From positions 4,836 through 68,835 of the forward strand of contig CAZWZF010000019.1 in the NCBI GenBank assembly GCA_964638715.1: 64,000 nt of DNA, written 5' to 3'. The notes beneath the pieces are model-generated. The model was not told where the DNA came from, ran no database searches, and saw nothing but the letters and a program-made list of their open reading frames with translations. Of the stretch, positions 38,708 through 50,500 are shown piece after piece (the first letter of the stretch is position 1; each line of letters begins with the position of its first letter). The position numbers were made by a program, and so were the translations under genes. The DNA is from an uncultured bacterium (GTDB lineage Bacteria; Armatimonadota; Hebobacteria; CAIYQO01).

Positions 38708-40594
38708 TTATCGCAATCTTACCTTAACTACGCGCTGATTGCCAGCATCGTATACTGCACCGCGTCCACCAGAAATGCTGACTAATGTTGGTGAATCGAA
38801 TAATCCGGCATCACCACCGGCAATATCAGTGAATCCAAGTTGAGCGGCGAATTTTGGTGCTTCAGTTGGATTTGTACTTATAGTAAATGATAACACCCGC
38901 TGTCGTTTGCTGTCAGATAACAGTAGATATCCACTATCTGCGGCGATGTATAATGTATCGCCAAAATTATCTTTTCCGATGCTGTTCAATGTCCATGTCG
39001 GTGTGAGTTGCCCATCTTTTTCCACTGTGAATGCCATCACTGAATTGCCTATGGATATTAGCAATGATGTACCCAAAGATGTAATTGAGTTTAAATTTCC
39101 CGCTGGCAAGTTGTTTGTCATTGGAGTAAATTGACATGGTTCAGCAGTTGTTGCTCGTATCAGCTTGTTATTGCGTGAATCAACAGCAAAAATATAAGGT
39201 GAAACCTGAGTGGCTGCGATGAGTCTCCCATCATATGTTCCTGTTTTCACTGTTTCAGCATGATTTGCTCTATCGGTGAATGGTTCCGGTTTCATTTTTA
39301 ATAGAGTTATACCAGTTTGTTTTGGTTTGTATTCAAGCGAAAAATACCCGGGATTAATACCATAAGATATGATATTACCTTGTTCATCATTGAATCCCTG
39401 GCAAGTTGGACCGGGATATTCCGCGCGAACTGGTGGCGCAGCAGGATCATTATTTGCAAAGTCAAACCATAGCATTCCGGTGCTGTTGTCATTGCCGACA
39501 CCGATGTATCCTTGCCGGGTGATACCCAGGCAATACGAATATGGTATTGAACCAAAACGTCGCTTCAATACAAGTTTATCTTCAACTAACGCAGCATGGT
39601 ATAAAGCATCAGTTGATTTTATATAAAAATCGCCGTTCGGTGCATCAGCTATTTGAGTTACACGGAAAAGTGCGTTATTCCATTGCGATACAACACCGGG
39701 AGCAGATTTCATGTCACGAGTAAAAGTGCCGACAAATCCATAATGTCCGGCATCCCATATTCTATCTTTTGTCAGTATTACTGATCCGGTATAGCCAGTT
39801 GGTACAGCACCCATTGATGGTAATGCTACTGGTGTGAAATCTGGCAACGGTACACCTTTTATACTAACTTTATAGACTTTATTTCCTCCACCGCGATAAA
39901 AGTTTCCTGTTTCATCCATGCTTATTCTTCCGCCGTTTACCGGATCAAGAAACATCGTTTGTAATGTACCGTCATTTAAAACTTCCTGTACCAGATATCC
40001 TAATATTTTATACCCGTCTGCCGGTGAATATTTCATTTGTGAATATCCAACATAAAGATGAGTGCTGTCAGCACTTGCTGTCAGTGCAACATCACGACTA
40101 TACCATGGATATGACCATGTGGTTAATTTACTACGGGGAACCAGCACTTCAGGCAAGGCGTCTGGATTGCATTTTATTCTACAGATATTTGGTTGCACCA
40201 GTATCCATGGTGGCATCAAGTGATTAAAGTTTCCTTCATAATTAATGGGAATTCCAGCAATGAAATAGAGATAGCCGTGGGAAAAAGCAAAAGTAGCACC
40301 ACCAAGCATCCATTTATCTGGAACTTTTGTTTCCCATAATCGTTTGCCGCCGGTATTCATTACTATTATTCTATCGCCGCCGCTGGTGTAAATTCGTCCT
40401 TTGGTGTCAACCACCACGCCGCCACCGCTTCGTCCAAGAATGCCTCGTACAATAGACCATGCTTCACCACCCCCACCGCTATTACCAACAACGCCGACCC
40501 ACTCTAATGATGAATCTGCCGCATTGATAGCAGATGAGAGCATTACCATTAAGAAAATAGTAATGATTTGCGATAGTGATGAAAAACGTACCAT
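38708..40594 (-). CDS. Secreted beta-propeller (NHL-like) hypothetical protein
   Basis: Signal peptide; GVVVDTKGRIY, LSDSKRQRV, FDSPT..VYDAGNQRVV. Confidence 0.65.
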   Translation of the reverse strand: MVRFSSLSQIITIFLMVMLSSAINAADSSLEWVGVVGNSGGGGEAWSIVRGILGRSGGGVVVDTKGRIYTSGGDRIIVMNTGGKRLWETKVPDKWMLGGATFAFSHGYLYFIAGIPINYEGNFNHLMPPWILVQPNICRIKCNPDALPEVLVPRSKLTTWSYPWYSRDVALTASADSTHLYVGYSQMKYSPADGYKILGYLVQEVLNDGTLQTMFLDPVNGGRISMDETGNFYRGGGNKVYKVSIKGVPLPDFTPVALPSMGAVPTGYTGSVILTKDRIWDAGHYGFVGTFTRDMKSAPGVVSQWNNALFRVTQIADAPNGDFYIKSTDALYHAALVEDKLVLKRRFGSIPYSYCLGITRQGYIGVGNDNSTGMLWFDFANNDPAAPPVRAEYPGPTCQGFNDEQGNIISYGINPGYFSLEYKPKQTGITLLKMKPEPFTDRANHAETVKTGTYDGRLIAATQVSPYIFAVDSRNNKLIRATTAEPCQFTPMTNNLPAGNLNSITSLGTSLLISIGNSVMAFTVEKDGQLTPTWTLNSIGKDNFGDTLYIAADSGYLLLSDSKRQRVLSFTISTNPTEAPKFAAQLGFTDIAGGDAGLFDSPTLVSISGGRGAVYDAGNQRVVKVRLR

Positions 40595-40597
40595 AAT

Positions 40598-41668
40598 TTA
40601 TTCTCCAAGTACCTGTTTCAATACGGGAAGAACTGTCTTTGCCATTCGGTAAAAACCCAGATCGTTGGGATGACATCCATCTACAGTACAAGCGTCACGA
40701 TTGTCTGTTCCAAACAGGGTTTCACCATCAATAAAGTATACATTTGTATCGCCTTTATTTATTGCGTTCTGCCAGGTTTGGAGAACGATATCTCGTCGTT
40801 TACGGCAATCGTCATTTTGGTAAAAATCACATTTTGTCAGCATTATTATTGGCAAGTTTGGTTGTTTATCCCGGATAATATGGAAAAAAGGTTCGTGGGT
40901 AGCTTGCAGATGATCAATATTTGGCGCGTTATGATCGTAATCAAGTATAAACGCAGACATCTCTAAGCTGGCGATAGTATGCGCTATTGCCGTTTCACCA
41001 CGCGCGCTGCCACTGAAGCCAAGGTTTATCAATGGTGCGTCAACCCATCTTGTCAGCATATTAGTGTAGGCATTTCCGGTTCTTGATGCACATCCGCCTT
41101 GTGTGATTGATGAACCATAAATAGCCACAGGATTTTTTATTGTGAAAGGTGTAGGCGATACAATTGCACATCCTGGATTAAATCCGATTTCTACAGAATT
41201 TACACCACTGTAAAGAGGCATGTATAAAGACCAATCGCGCATTTCATCATTAGATAATCCGTCTGCCAGTATTATTTCTATCTTTTTTTCACCGATACCT
41301 GGACTTATAGAATTATAGAATTTTTTGTCATTGCTGATGCCAATATATAGATCGAATCCAGCACTGCCGTTGCGCGGCATTTTATTCATATCACCTGGTT
41401 CATGCAATTCTGCACGAATTGCAATAGTAGCTGCATTTGTACGAAATCGAATCATTCCGCCAGAGGTATTATATGCAAGGTATCGCACCCCGTCATTTGT
41501 TTCCGGTAAAATAGCCTCTGGCAATCGGCATAATTTGTGTTCTTCATGGTACCATGCAAACCCGCTGAGTTCGAATGGTGCCAGCAGCGCATCAGCAAAG
41601 ACTAATTCTTTCCCGCCGATTTCAGCTTTTTTAAAATTTACATCAATTTCTTCAATTTTCTTGCTCAT
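40598..41668 (-). CDS. SGNH/GDSL hydrolase with N-terminal GxDLY domain (probable carbohydrate esterase)
   Basis: AGFDLY, YGSSITQG, NLGFSG, DYDHN, DGCHPND. Confidence 0.92.
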   Translation of the reverse strand: MSKKIEEIDVNFKKAEIGGKELVFADALLAPFELSGFAWYHEEHKLCRLPEAILPETNDGVRYLAYNTSGGMIRFRTNAATIAIRAELHEPGDMNKMPRNGSAGFDLYIGISNDKKFYNSISPGIGEKKIEIILADGLSNDEMRDWSLYMPLYSGVNSVEIGFNPGCAIVSPTPFTIKNPVAIYGSSITQGGCASRTGNAYTNMLTRWVDAPLINLGFSGSARGETAIAHTIASLEMSAFILDYDHNAPNIDHLQATHEPFFHIIRDKQPNLPIIMLTKCDFYQNDDCRKRRDIVLQTWQNAINKGDTNVYFIDGETLFGTDNRDACTVDGCHPNDLGFYRMAKTVLPVLKQVLGE

Positions 41669-41686
41669 AATATTTCAAACCTTTTA

Positions 41687-44600
41687 TTACTTCTCTGGAA
41701 TCACCGGTGCGTCAACGCCGATATAAATAGAATTTAAGTGGCCATCCACTATATTGTGGGGAATCAGCATCACTTTATGCTTGCCAGCAGGAAGGATGAT
41801 ATCACCGCTTACCTGCACAACAACTTCTTCAACAACTGATTTTGGTTTCATACCGGCCGATGACGATGCCAATTCAAGTTTTACTTCACGGTCGCGGGTG
41901 ATTACATCAGAAATTGTTCCAGCATCTTTACCATCTATCTGGATAGTGAATTGTATCGGACGGCGTTCTTTCGGTACAACTTTTTCACGCAGGTTTATAA
42001 TATCTTCCCACTGTGCCTGCCAGCAAGGTTGACGGTCGCTGTAACGGAAAAGACCATCTGCGGTAATATGAACTTTCCCTTCCTGTGCGATATCCAACGG
42101 AAGCATCACTGCATCAGAGAATCGCATATCCGGTACCAGGAATGACGCGGTGTCGGAATCAATATATCCTTCAGGCATACGTAATTGAATTACATATTGT
42201 TTCGGCTCAAATTTAGCCGGTGCTGGATAATAAGTTTTTTCTGATGGTTTTGGGAAAGCTACTTCTTCAACTGGTAAGGGTTTCGCATCAGTAAAGGTAA
42301 GGGTTAACGGTTTCGGTTTTATAGTTGTAGTTAATCCTTTAGCAGATAATCTGCCGGATTTTGATTGTTCCGGTTGACCGCCTATATAATATTCGCGGAA
42401 AAGTGTCGCTTTTGCATTCTGAATTTGTGGTGTAAGTTTGTCTTCCGGCAGTTTATCCAATGCGCGAATGCCAGCCATTATGCCATCCATATCTGCTGCC
42501 TGAATTACTAAAGCAGGAATTTTTGCGCCGAATGCCCAATGGACTCCCTGCACTACAGCACGTCCGCTGCCAGGGAAAGCTGCGGTTACTTTTGGCCATA
42601 ATATTCCGGTATTATCTAACGATTCTGCCATCGGGTTATCGCTTACAGCTTTGCCTTTGTCATCTTTTAATCCGGCAATGTCGAGTAAGATAATTGGTTG
42701 ATAGAATCTGTATCCGCTTAATCCGCTGTCCCAGTCGTTTCCGTTAAGAGTTTCCCGTTTGATTTTACCTATTGCCTGACCGTTTTCCGCCTTGCTATTT
42801 TCTGTTACCTGCGCTGGTGATAGCGAGTATCCAATAGTATAAGTGTTCATTTCCGGTTTAAGTCGTATATCAACTGTTACGCCGCGGGTTTCAAGGATTT
42901 TCTTCAGTTCTTCCGCTGTTTTCTGGTAAGTGCTGCTTTGCGGCGAGTCGAAAATTGGTACTACAACGGTTGAGCCTTTTGACAGCATACTTTCGATTAA
43001 TCCACGTTCGCGGACGATTACGGTATCGATCATTGGTGTCATTAACACTGGTGTTTTTGCGGATTCAACTGTTACCGGCAATGATGTTAACGTACCATTA
43101 AGTTGAGATCTGACAGCAACTGTCCATTTTCCTGCCGGTGCATTTATTGGCAGCGGAATAGAAATATTGAAAGTTCCTTTGTCAGTGGTTGCACGATAAA
43201 ATTCCTGGTATATGGTGCCGTCAGGATGAATTATTGAAAGATTGAATGGCAAAACAGCATTGAGCTTTTTCTTGCCTGCGTCGATAAACTCTACCTGAAT
43301 CGATAATGTTTCTCCGGTCGATACTTTTTGTGTGGCAGACAACGCTGTCGCAGCAATTCCTCGCGGCAATATTGCGTATACCCGCGCGGTTGTCTGGGTA
43401 AGGTCGCAGATTAATGGCTTTACAGTACCTAAAGATTGTTCTTCAGTACAATCATAGATGACGGCGTTTGCTGATAACGATTTAGCCGGCAGCAAAGTCT
43501 CTTTTATCTGGTACCAGTCAGCCTGATTTTTAATGTGCGAATCATTGGTTGCAATTAGATATTTTGCGTCTGTACCGCCATCGATCTGTAATATTGATGC
43601 TTTCGCTCCTGTGCCTTTGTATGATGTGAAGCAGGCATGGCCAGTGTCGCCAAGTGCTGATGAAAAAGCTTTTGCCAATTCTGGATGCCAGCGTTCATAT
43701 AATATAGTATCATTGTCGCCGTTCACCATGTTAGGCGCACCCCAGCTATGCGGTTTGCCAGCCTGACTGAACGGGAAACTATAACTGATTTTCGATGCAC
43801 CCGGGAATGAGACTGATGTAGAACCATCAATGAGTAATTTCCCGCCTTGTTTAATATATGAAGCAATTCCCGCGTTAACCGATGTCGGCAATGGCATGGT
43901 TTGTCCGATTATTATTAAAGCTTTTACATCTGTTACCTGGTTTGCCTGCAATTCTTCTTCGGTGACAAATCGTGGTGTATAGCCAAGTCTGGTTAATGCG
44001 GTGAGAGCTTTAAATGCTGCTGTCCCATAACCCATGGCAACATATTGACGACCATATTGAGTTTTGCTGAACAAGATGCCGACGCCATGGTTTGTATGGC
44101 CATTAACTGACAGAGACGAGAAACGATCAAGGAAATCGCGGGCACTGATAACATCCATCTCGCCAGATTTCCCCTTGATATTCTCCCAGTTTGTTGCTCT
44201 GTTCATACCGCCAAGCAAGTTGCTGAATCCCTCGCAGGCAAAGCCATTGCCGGTACCGCCAAATGCCAATCCCTGTGCAGTGGTACGCATCATTTTCCCG
44301 GGCAAATCACTTAATCCATGTGCCGAAGCCATAGCGTTGCTGACCCAGGTAGGTTTGTTGCCACGGTTCATTTCCAACAATGCGGTTACAAACAGCGACT
44401 GATTAAGATAGTCAGGCCCGCCAACCTGGTCATTCCAGGTTGACTGGTATTGCAAATCCAGTGGGGAGTATGCTTCCGGGAAATATTGTCCCTGCAATGT
44501 CGGGCAGTGGTCAACCTGAACGCTGCTGGTATTTTTTATACTGGGATCTACTGAACGCAGATTTTTACTGAATGCGCTGTAACCTTCTTTATATAATCCC

Positions 44601-45664
44601 ATCAGGTATGACGACCAGGCATCCAGACGTTTTTCAAATGCTATGCGGTCTGTATCTGACATCGGTTTAGAATATTTTGCAATTTCTTCCAACCAACGAA
44701 GGGTTGGCAAGTCAATTGCCGGGGCGAATTCTGGTCGTCCAATTGATGTCAGGTATGAAATATATTCGGCACCGGTGACTGGTTTCATGCCGGTACGGCG
44801 GGTGAACTCTTCCAGTTTAACTTTATTATCATTGGCAATGTAGTCGCGCAGGTTTTGCGTCTGGTTGCCCCATCCCCAGTAAGTGAGCAGGCCTAACCTG
44901 CCATTTACAGCATATCCAGTGGTATCCCATCCATAACAGAAACCGCCAAAGTTTGGATATCGTCCATTTGCCTGGGCAGTAAGAATCATACGTTGGCTCA
45001 TGCCGTTAATTTCTGCCGGATTGTTGCCGACCGGGAAGAAACTGGTGGGACGCGTATCGGGGTTAACCATAGTTATCGCACCGCTGCGTGCCATGACATC
45101 TAATGAACCAATGCGTCCTGCATCGCTGGCACCTAATGAAAATGCGGCGGTTAAACCGGATTCTTTGAATATTTTATCTATGCTGTCCCAATGTGCTTTC
45201 GTCTTTGCGGCGGCTTTCACCGGGTCTTTACGTTCTTCATTTGTATATTCCGGGTCGCGCGGCATACATTCATCCTGGGTGGAACCTGCCGATTTGCGTA
45301 GCGGGCTGGTTAATGTCATGCGGTCAAATGCTGTAGTGCCGTTGATTAGCAACTGGTAATCACCTGGTGCAAGACTGGCAGTATTAAGCCATAAGATATT
45401 ATTTTTTCCTGCATACAGCAATATTTTACCATCACTATTTACCGCTTCGAGCCGGATATCACTGTTTGGAGCGATGCCGCTTATGGCAAGCGGCACTATT
45501 TCACCTATGAAATACGCGGTGCGTTCCATAGGAAAAATTGCCACAGGCGCTGGTGTTTGCGCCGGTGCAACAACTGTCTGGGCAATTCCTGTCAAAGAAA
45601 TACCCATAGCAAATGCGGTTAATACCACATAACGAAACCAGAATGATTCAAATTGTGTATGCAT
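41687..45664 (-). CDS. Secreted 1325-aa protein, possible GH42-like catalytic and trimerisation domains plus MG2-like Ig domain
   Basis: Signal peptide; VGILFS...LGYTPRFVTEEEL...KALIIIG resembles GATase-like trimerisation domain; HPDG...LPINAPAGKWTV resembles MG2. Confidence 0.55.
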   Translation of the reverse strand: MHTQFESFWFRYVVLTAFAMGISLTGIAQTVVAPAQTPAPVAIFPMERTAYFIGEIVPLAISGIAPNSDIRLEAVNSDGKILLYAGKNNILWLNTASLAPGDYQLLINGTTAFDRMTLTSPLRKSAGSTQDECMPRDPEYTNEERKDPVKAAAKTKAHWDSIDKIFKESGLTAAFSLGASDAGRIGSLDVMARSGAITMVNPDTRPTSFFPVGNNPAEINGMSQRMILTAQANGRYPNFGGFCYGWDTTGYAVNGRLGLLTYWGWGNQTQNLRDYIANDNKVKLEEFTRRTGMKPVTGAEYISYLTSIGRPEFAPAIDLPTLRWLEEIAKYSKPMSDTDRIAFEKRLDAWSSYLMGLYKEGYSAFSKNLRSVDPSIKNTSSVQVDHCPTLQGQYFPEAYSPLDLQYQSTWNDQVGGPDYLNQSLFVTALLEMNRGNKPTWVSNAMASAHGLSDLPGKMMRTTAQGLAFGGTGNGFACEGFSNLLGGMNRATNWENIKGKSGEMDVISARDFLDRFSSLSVNGHTNHGVGILFSKTQYGRQYVAMGYGTAAFKALTALTRLGYTPRFVTEEELQANQVTDVKALIIIGQTMPLPTSVNAGIASYIKQGGKLLIDGSTSVSFPGASKISYSFPFSQAGKPHSWGAPNMVNGDNDTILYERWHPELAKAFSSALGDTGHACFTSYKGTGAKASILQIDGGTDAKYLIATNDSHIKNQADWYQIKETLLPAKSLSANAVIYDCTEEQSLGTVKPLICDLTQTTARVYAILPRGIAATALSATQKVSTGETLSIQVEFIDAGKKKLNAVLPFNLSIIHPDGTIYQEFYRATTDKGTFNISIPLPINAPAGKWTVAVRSQLNGTLTSLPVTVESAKTPVLMTPMIDTVIVRERGLIESMLSKGSTVVVPIFDSPQSSTYQKTAEELKKILETRGVTVDIRLKPEMNTYTIGYSLSPAQVTENSKAENGQAIGKIKRETLNGNDWDSGLSGYRFYQPIILLDIAGLKDDKGKAVSDNPMAESLDNTGILWPKVTAAFPGSGRAVVQGVHWAFGAKIPALVIQAADMDGIMAGIRALDKLPEDKLTPQIQNAKATLFREYYIGGQPEQSKSGRLSAKGLTTTIKPKPLTLTFTDAKPLPVEEVAFPKPSEKTYYPAPAKFEPKQYVIQLRMPEGYIDSDTASFLVPDMRFSDAVMLPLDIAQEGKVHITADGLFRYSDRQPCWQAQWEDIINLREKVVPKERRPIQFTIQIDGKDAGTISDVITRDREVKLELASSSAGMKPKSVVEEVVVQVSGDIILPAGKHKVMLIPHNIVDGHLNSIYIGVDAPVIPEK

Positions 45665-45679
45665 TATACTCCCCTTTAA

Positions 45680-47539
45680 TTATTCTAAAATATAAGGTGT
45701 TCCCTGGTTAATTTTAACGGTAACGCAACCGTTGATGATATCTATTTTTTGCGGATTTTCTCTGCCGTCTGCTGTTAACTGATACAAAGTTGCAGATTTT
45801 AGATGTGTCCAGTCTACCGGCAATTTCCAGGTGCGCTCGCAGCCATCTTTACTGTAGAAATATATCTTTTTCTCACCACTCCAGGTATCCGGCCACATTC
45901 GGTCGTACCCTATGCCAAAGATGATGTCACCATTCCATGCCATGAATCCTTCACGATCCCATTTTGCCATGGTCCCATCGCTCCATGACGCATGAATACA
46001 GCCTTTTCGCAAGGTTAATCGATGACTGCCGGCTGTCAGTCTTATTTTTACAGCTAAATCACCGGCATATTCATTTACTATTGTAGCTGGAAATTCGAGT
46101 TCCTGAATAAAATTATCGTCAATCCATAATTCTGCGGTACCACCAGATGGTGAGTAATAGCGGATAATTAATGAATAATCGCCATCTTTCAGCACCGTTG
46201 CTTCCACAGTATTTGAGGCGCTCATGGATTCATCAAGTCCGTCCACTACCTGTCCGCAGGATAACCATGGCTGGTCGGTAATTTTTGCGGTTCCGGTATT
46301 AATGCCATTTTTTGCCAGCATTTCTGAAACAAAGTTATTAGTTCTATCGTGAATGGTATAGCTTTCTATTTTCACCCGACCGCGGTGTTCATCTTCACGT
46401 GTGGTATTTGCTCCACCCGGCAACCGGTAATTACCTTTGCCAATGTGGTACAATTCCTGAATTACTGTGAGATAAAAGCCTTCAACTACCTGTGACTGAA
46501 CTCGCCATTCTTCCAAAGGCTGGTATGGCGTTTGCGGAAGGTTATCTGCACTGATTTTTGTCATCAATGCTCCGCCATTCGCGGCGATTTCATATTTCAT
46601 ATTATTATTCAGCAGTTTTTCGCTTAAATCCAATGAATACGCACCCTGGTTGCCGTATACATGCATAGGCTCTTCGCCGCGCCGGTTGGAGTTTCCCTGG
46701 CAATAACCGGATTGGATACGGCTGTAATCGTTCAGGGATAATCCGCCGTGATTCCAGTTATACATGGTCCAGTCACCGGGACCTTCGCCGCCGGGTTCAG
46801 TGCCTTTTGAACGCAGGTAATTTAATATCTTTTCGCGACCTTCAAACTGCGTAGCTGCACTGCCGCCCAATTCGCCATCCGGGTAACCAACGTTGCAATT
46901 ATTTCCGGCCAATGATAAAACATCAACATATAAAATCGGTGGCGGGTAGGGGAGATGGTTATAAAATCCATCAATTATTTCCTGTGCCAATCCCGAATCC
47001 CAAAGATTTTTGTAATTTACGATTGCGAATATATCTGATGGATTTCCTGCTTCGACATAAGGCATGGTAGCTGTTTCTGTCGGGATAGAATAAGGAATGT
47101 AGGCTTCACCCTCGTAAGGTCCGCCGCAATTCAATACTTTGCGGGTATAGTAACATTTATTCTCGCGCATTCTTTCAAAGAATTCACGCATTTCCGGGTA
47201 ATAGGCAAGTCCGACATTTACATCAGTAATATTAGTGTGAAAGGATATAAATGAATTGCAGTTATCGCGCATGTCAACCATGAAATCGGCAAGTTTTTGC
47301 CAGTCGTTATTAACACGAAAAGTAGCGCGATTCCAGTAAGGCCATGAACCGTCCCAATTGCAAATGCCGGTATCACAACCTATGAAACCACTGGTAATTA
47401 CATTGGAAATCACAGTTTTATCCAGCAGGTTATTCACTGATTTTATGGCTCGCGCGCATTCTTCCTGGGCATTTTCTTTTTCAGGAAGGCATAATCGCCA
47501 GATGAAATAAGTTGACCATTTTGGTGCTTTGTTTGGCAT
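45680..47539 (-). CDS. Endo-alpha-N-acetylgalactosaminidase-like (GH101-related) protein with inserted CBM6/35-like module
   Basis: SFHTN, ILYVDV, C-terminal IYFYSKDG..RTWKLP.DW..LYQLT.DG; CBM-like GDYSLIIRY...LTAGSHRLTL. Confidence 0.6.
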   Translation of the reverse strand: MPNKAPKWSTYFIWRLCLPEKENAQEECARAIKSVNNLLDKTVISNVITSGFIGCDTGICNWDGSWPYWNRATFRVNNDWQKLADFMVDMRDNCNSFISFHTNITDVNVGLAYYPEMREFFERMRENKCYYTRKVLNCGGPYEGEAYIPYSIPTETATMPYVEAGNPSDIFAIVNYKNLWDSGLAQEIIDGFYNHLPYPPPILYVDVLSLAGNNCNVGYPDGELGGSAATQFEGREKILNYLRSKGTEPGGEGPGDWTMYNWNHGGLSLNDYSRIQSGYCQGNSNRRGEEPMHVYGNQGAYSLDLSEKLLNNNMKYEIAANGGALMTKISADNLPQTPYQPLEEWRVQSQVVEGFYLTVIQELYHIGKGNYRLPGGANTTREDEHRGRVKIESYTIHDRTNNFVSEMLAKNGINTGTAKITDQPWLSCGQVVDGLDESMSASNTVEATVLKDGDYSLIIRYYSPSGGTAELWIDDNFIQELEFPATIVNEYAGDLAVKIRLTAGSHRLTLRKGCIHASWSDGTMAKWDREGFMAWNGDIIFGIGYDRMWPDTWSGEKKIYFYSKDGCERTWKLPVDWTHLKSATLYQLTADGRENPQKIDIINGCVTVKINQGTPYILE

Positions 47540-47552
47540 GTGTTTCCTTTAC

Positions 47553-50500
47553 TTATTTAATTTTATCACCGTAAAACCATACTTCGGCAAGCCCAACCGC
47601 TACTAACGGTGTATCCCATGGGTAATCGTAAATGTTGCGGATAATAAATTTTACATAACGTGTTCTGGCTTTTATGGGAATATCGTTGCCGATATATGTT
47701 TTAGTATTAGTTGCTCTTGGGAAGACAACAGTACCCCAGAATTGCAGATTATCAGGTAAATTTTCAGATATATAGATATCAACTGTTTTTGCACCTACCG
47801 ATTTGTCTCCGCCAAACGCGCGTTCATCGTTATAGTTCCATACATGCATGTTTTTCAAGTCATAGATTGAGCCAAGGTCAAATGTCATGGTAGGATTTTT
47901 TTCTTTATACGGTTGCCTGGTATACCATTGGTTTTGTAATAATAAATCATGCTGTACCGGTACTGTATCCATATTTAATCCGCTGCCATCTACAATTTTC
48001 TTTATATCATCTGTTGCATCTGGCGATGTGACGGTAACACCCTGTATAGGTTTGTAATTGCTATTGTAAATTGATATCGATCCCGTTGCCTTACTATCTA
48101 TAAGATAGTAATGACTAACTTGAACTGATACCGATACAGTAGTTGGCATTGTTGGTATTTTCTCTGGTAAAGGCGTTATTTGCAAGTCTACTGATGATTG
48201 ATTTTCTGCAAATGCAACATATCTTGGCAAAGGTTTATAATCAATTCCTGCTTGTGCATTTCCACTAACAATCAAGGTTGCTTTCACAGGTTTTGTAATA
48301 TTGCCATTTCGGGTTATTTTAATTAATCCCGGTACTATTGCTGTTTTACTCCTGTCTGTTTGTGGCGAAATTGTTTCTATGGCAATCAATGGCATTTTTG
48401 CCGCGTCAAATTTGTCATCTTCCATGTATAAATATTCAGTTGGTATGTGCTCGATTTGCTGGCTTGTTCCTTCCCATACCAGATGAAAATCTTCTTTGGA
48501 TTTAGGCAATTTATGTTCTATAACAATTTTAATCCTCTTGCCGGCTTCTAACATCAATGGTTCAGTAAAGAACTTAGACCCATTAGAGTTCCAACCCTCA
48601 ACCATTAATTTACCGCCTATCCACATTCTTACATATTTACCATAAATACCGAGTTCGGTAAGTCCAGAATATTTTGCTTCTAAAAAACCGCTCCAGCGGA
48701 CAGAACCTGGGGTTGCGTCGCGAGGGGTAATTTCGGTTTTTTCAATATCAGGTGTCGGTTGTGTTAAGATTGTCATTGGATGTTTCACATCATACCACAA
48801 ACGTTTTGAAACTGCTTCATCTTCAGGTACAATTAATTCTTTACCGCTTAAATCTGCAGACATGAAATATTGTGTTTTTAACCCGCTGCCTTTTGCTAAT
48901 GCGGGGGTAGGGGTGGTACCTGTTATCTCAATAGTTCCATTTTGCCTGCTGAATTGGTTCCAACCGGTTATTCGGTAAACCGGACAGTTGTTCCAGCCAG
49001 AACCATAGAACAGAACATCACCGTTTGTTGATTTAACAAGTGAACCGCCTTCCAGCATGTCATATTGAAAAGGTGATTGCGCATTAAATCCACGGTCATT
49101 CGGATCAGTTGACCACCATGTGTATACACTGGCAGGTAAGCCGTCGTCAGCATGTCGGTCAAAAATACTACCGGCATACAAACCGTCTTCTGTCCAGAAT
49201 ATTACTGGCTGTACTACCTTATCGCATACACCGATTGTTCCATTAACTATTCCTGCAATTCGGCAGGGATATTGTAATTGTCCAGGCAAGTTGTTTTGTT
49301 TCGCGGCATGGTATCCTGATTGCCAAAGCAGGTTTTTATCTTTATCGTATTTGCTTATGGCATTGCTATCAGTCTGGTTTGCTGGCCAGGCAAACCCGTG
49401 TGCAGCACCATAAGTGCCATCCGCAGCATATCCGTCACCTTTTCCGCCATACTGGATAACATAAATATTACCGTCATTATCTCCACACAGTGCTGGTGAA
49501 CTTGTGTATGGTGTAACCGGTCCTTCTTCAAACTTTGACCAATCCCAGATCGGGGCACCTGCAGCAGTATATCCCTGAGTGGGGAATTTTAGCCAGGCAG
49601 CTTTGTTTTTAGTATCCCATCCGCGCATCAGGAATATATTTAAATCTTGGTCCATCCATAATGAGCCACCCATATGTTCAACACTCTGGTTATACAAGCG
49701 AAATTCATCGGCCTGGAATTCATTGTCTCCATTAAGGTCGGTCCAGGCAAAACCGCGATGTCTGGCGCGACTACCGCTATCTTTCGGATTTTCACCTAAC
49801 TTAGTTATTGCGTCCAGCCATTGTGTCGGTAATTTTTCAATAGGTGTTTTGCTCCATCCCCAGCGGTCATCTGCGATGAGCAATGATAATATTGATACCG
49901 GACGCAGGCATTTTCCTGCTTCATCAACTTTCATCAATAGTCCTGAATGTGCTCCAGAATAGATATATGTGTCGATGGGCCCATTTTTGTTTGCTGCGCG
50001 CCGCATTACCCAGTGCGGTACAGCCATTTTATATCGTCCAACCAGGGTTGAAGGCGTATTCCCACCCCATTTATAACAAGCGTGCGGGTACCATGTTTTA
50101 TTTGCCGGATTTATTTCGCATTGCATTATCCATCCCCATTGCGAATCTATCCAGACATATTTGGGGTCAACCGGGTCAGGGGCGGGGAAGGTGTAAAATT
50201 GTTGTCCACCGAACCATTCGGCTAATACTTTACCGTCTTTATCAAAATGGGCAGTACGTCGAGGCGCACTTTCATATTCAGAAATTACAAAACCGCCTTT
50301 ACCATCTCCGGCAATATCGCTGACATTTAGAAAATTAGCCGGTTCATAAAGTCCTTCTTCGCGGCCACCAGCTTTTCCATAAGTCTTTATTAATTTAAAA
50401 TCAGCATCATATTGTTTAACTTGTTGGCAGGCACCGCCATCAGCTATGAAGATATTATCGTTTACGTGATCAATAGCTATACGACTGGCTGAGGTTAAGC

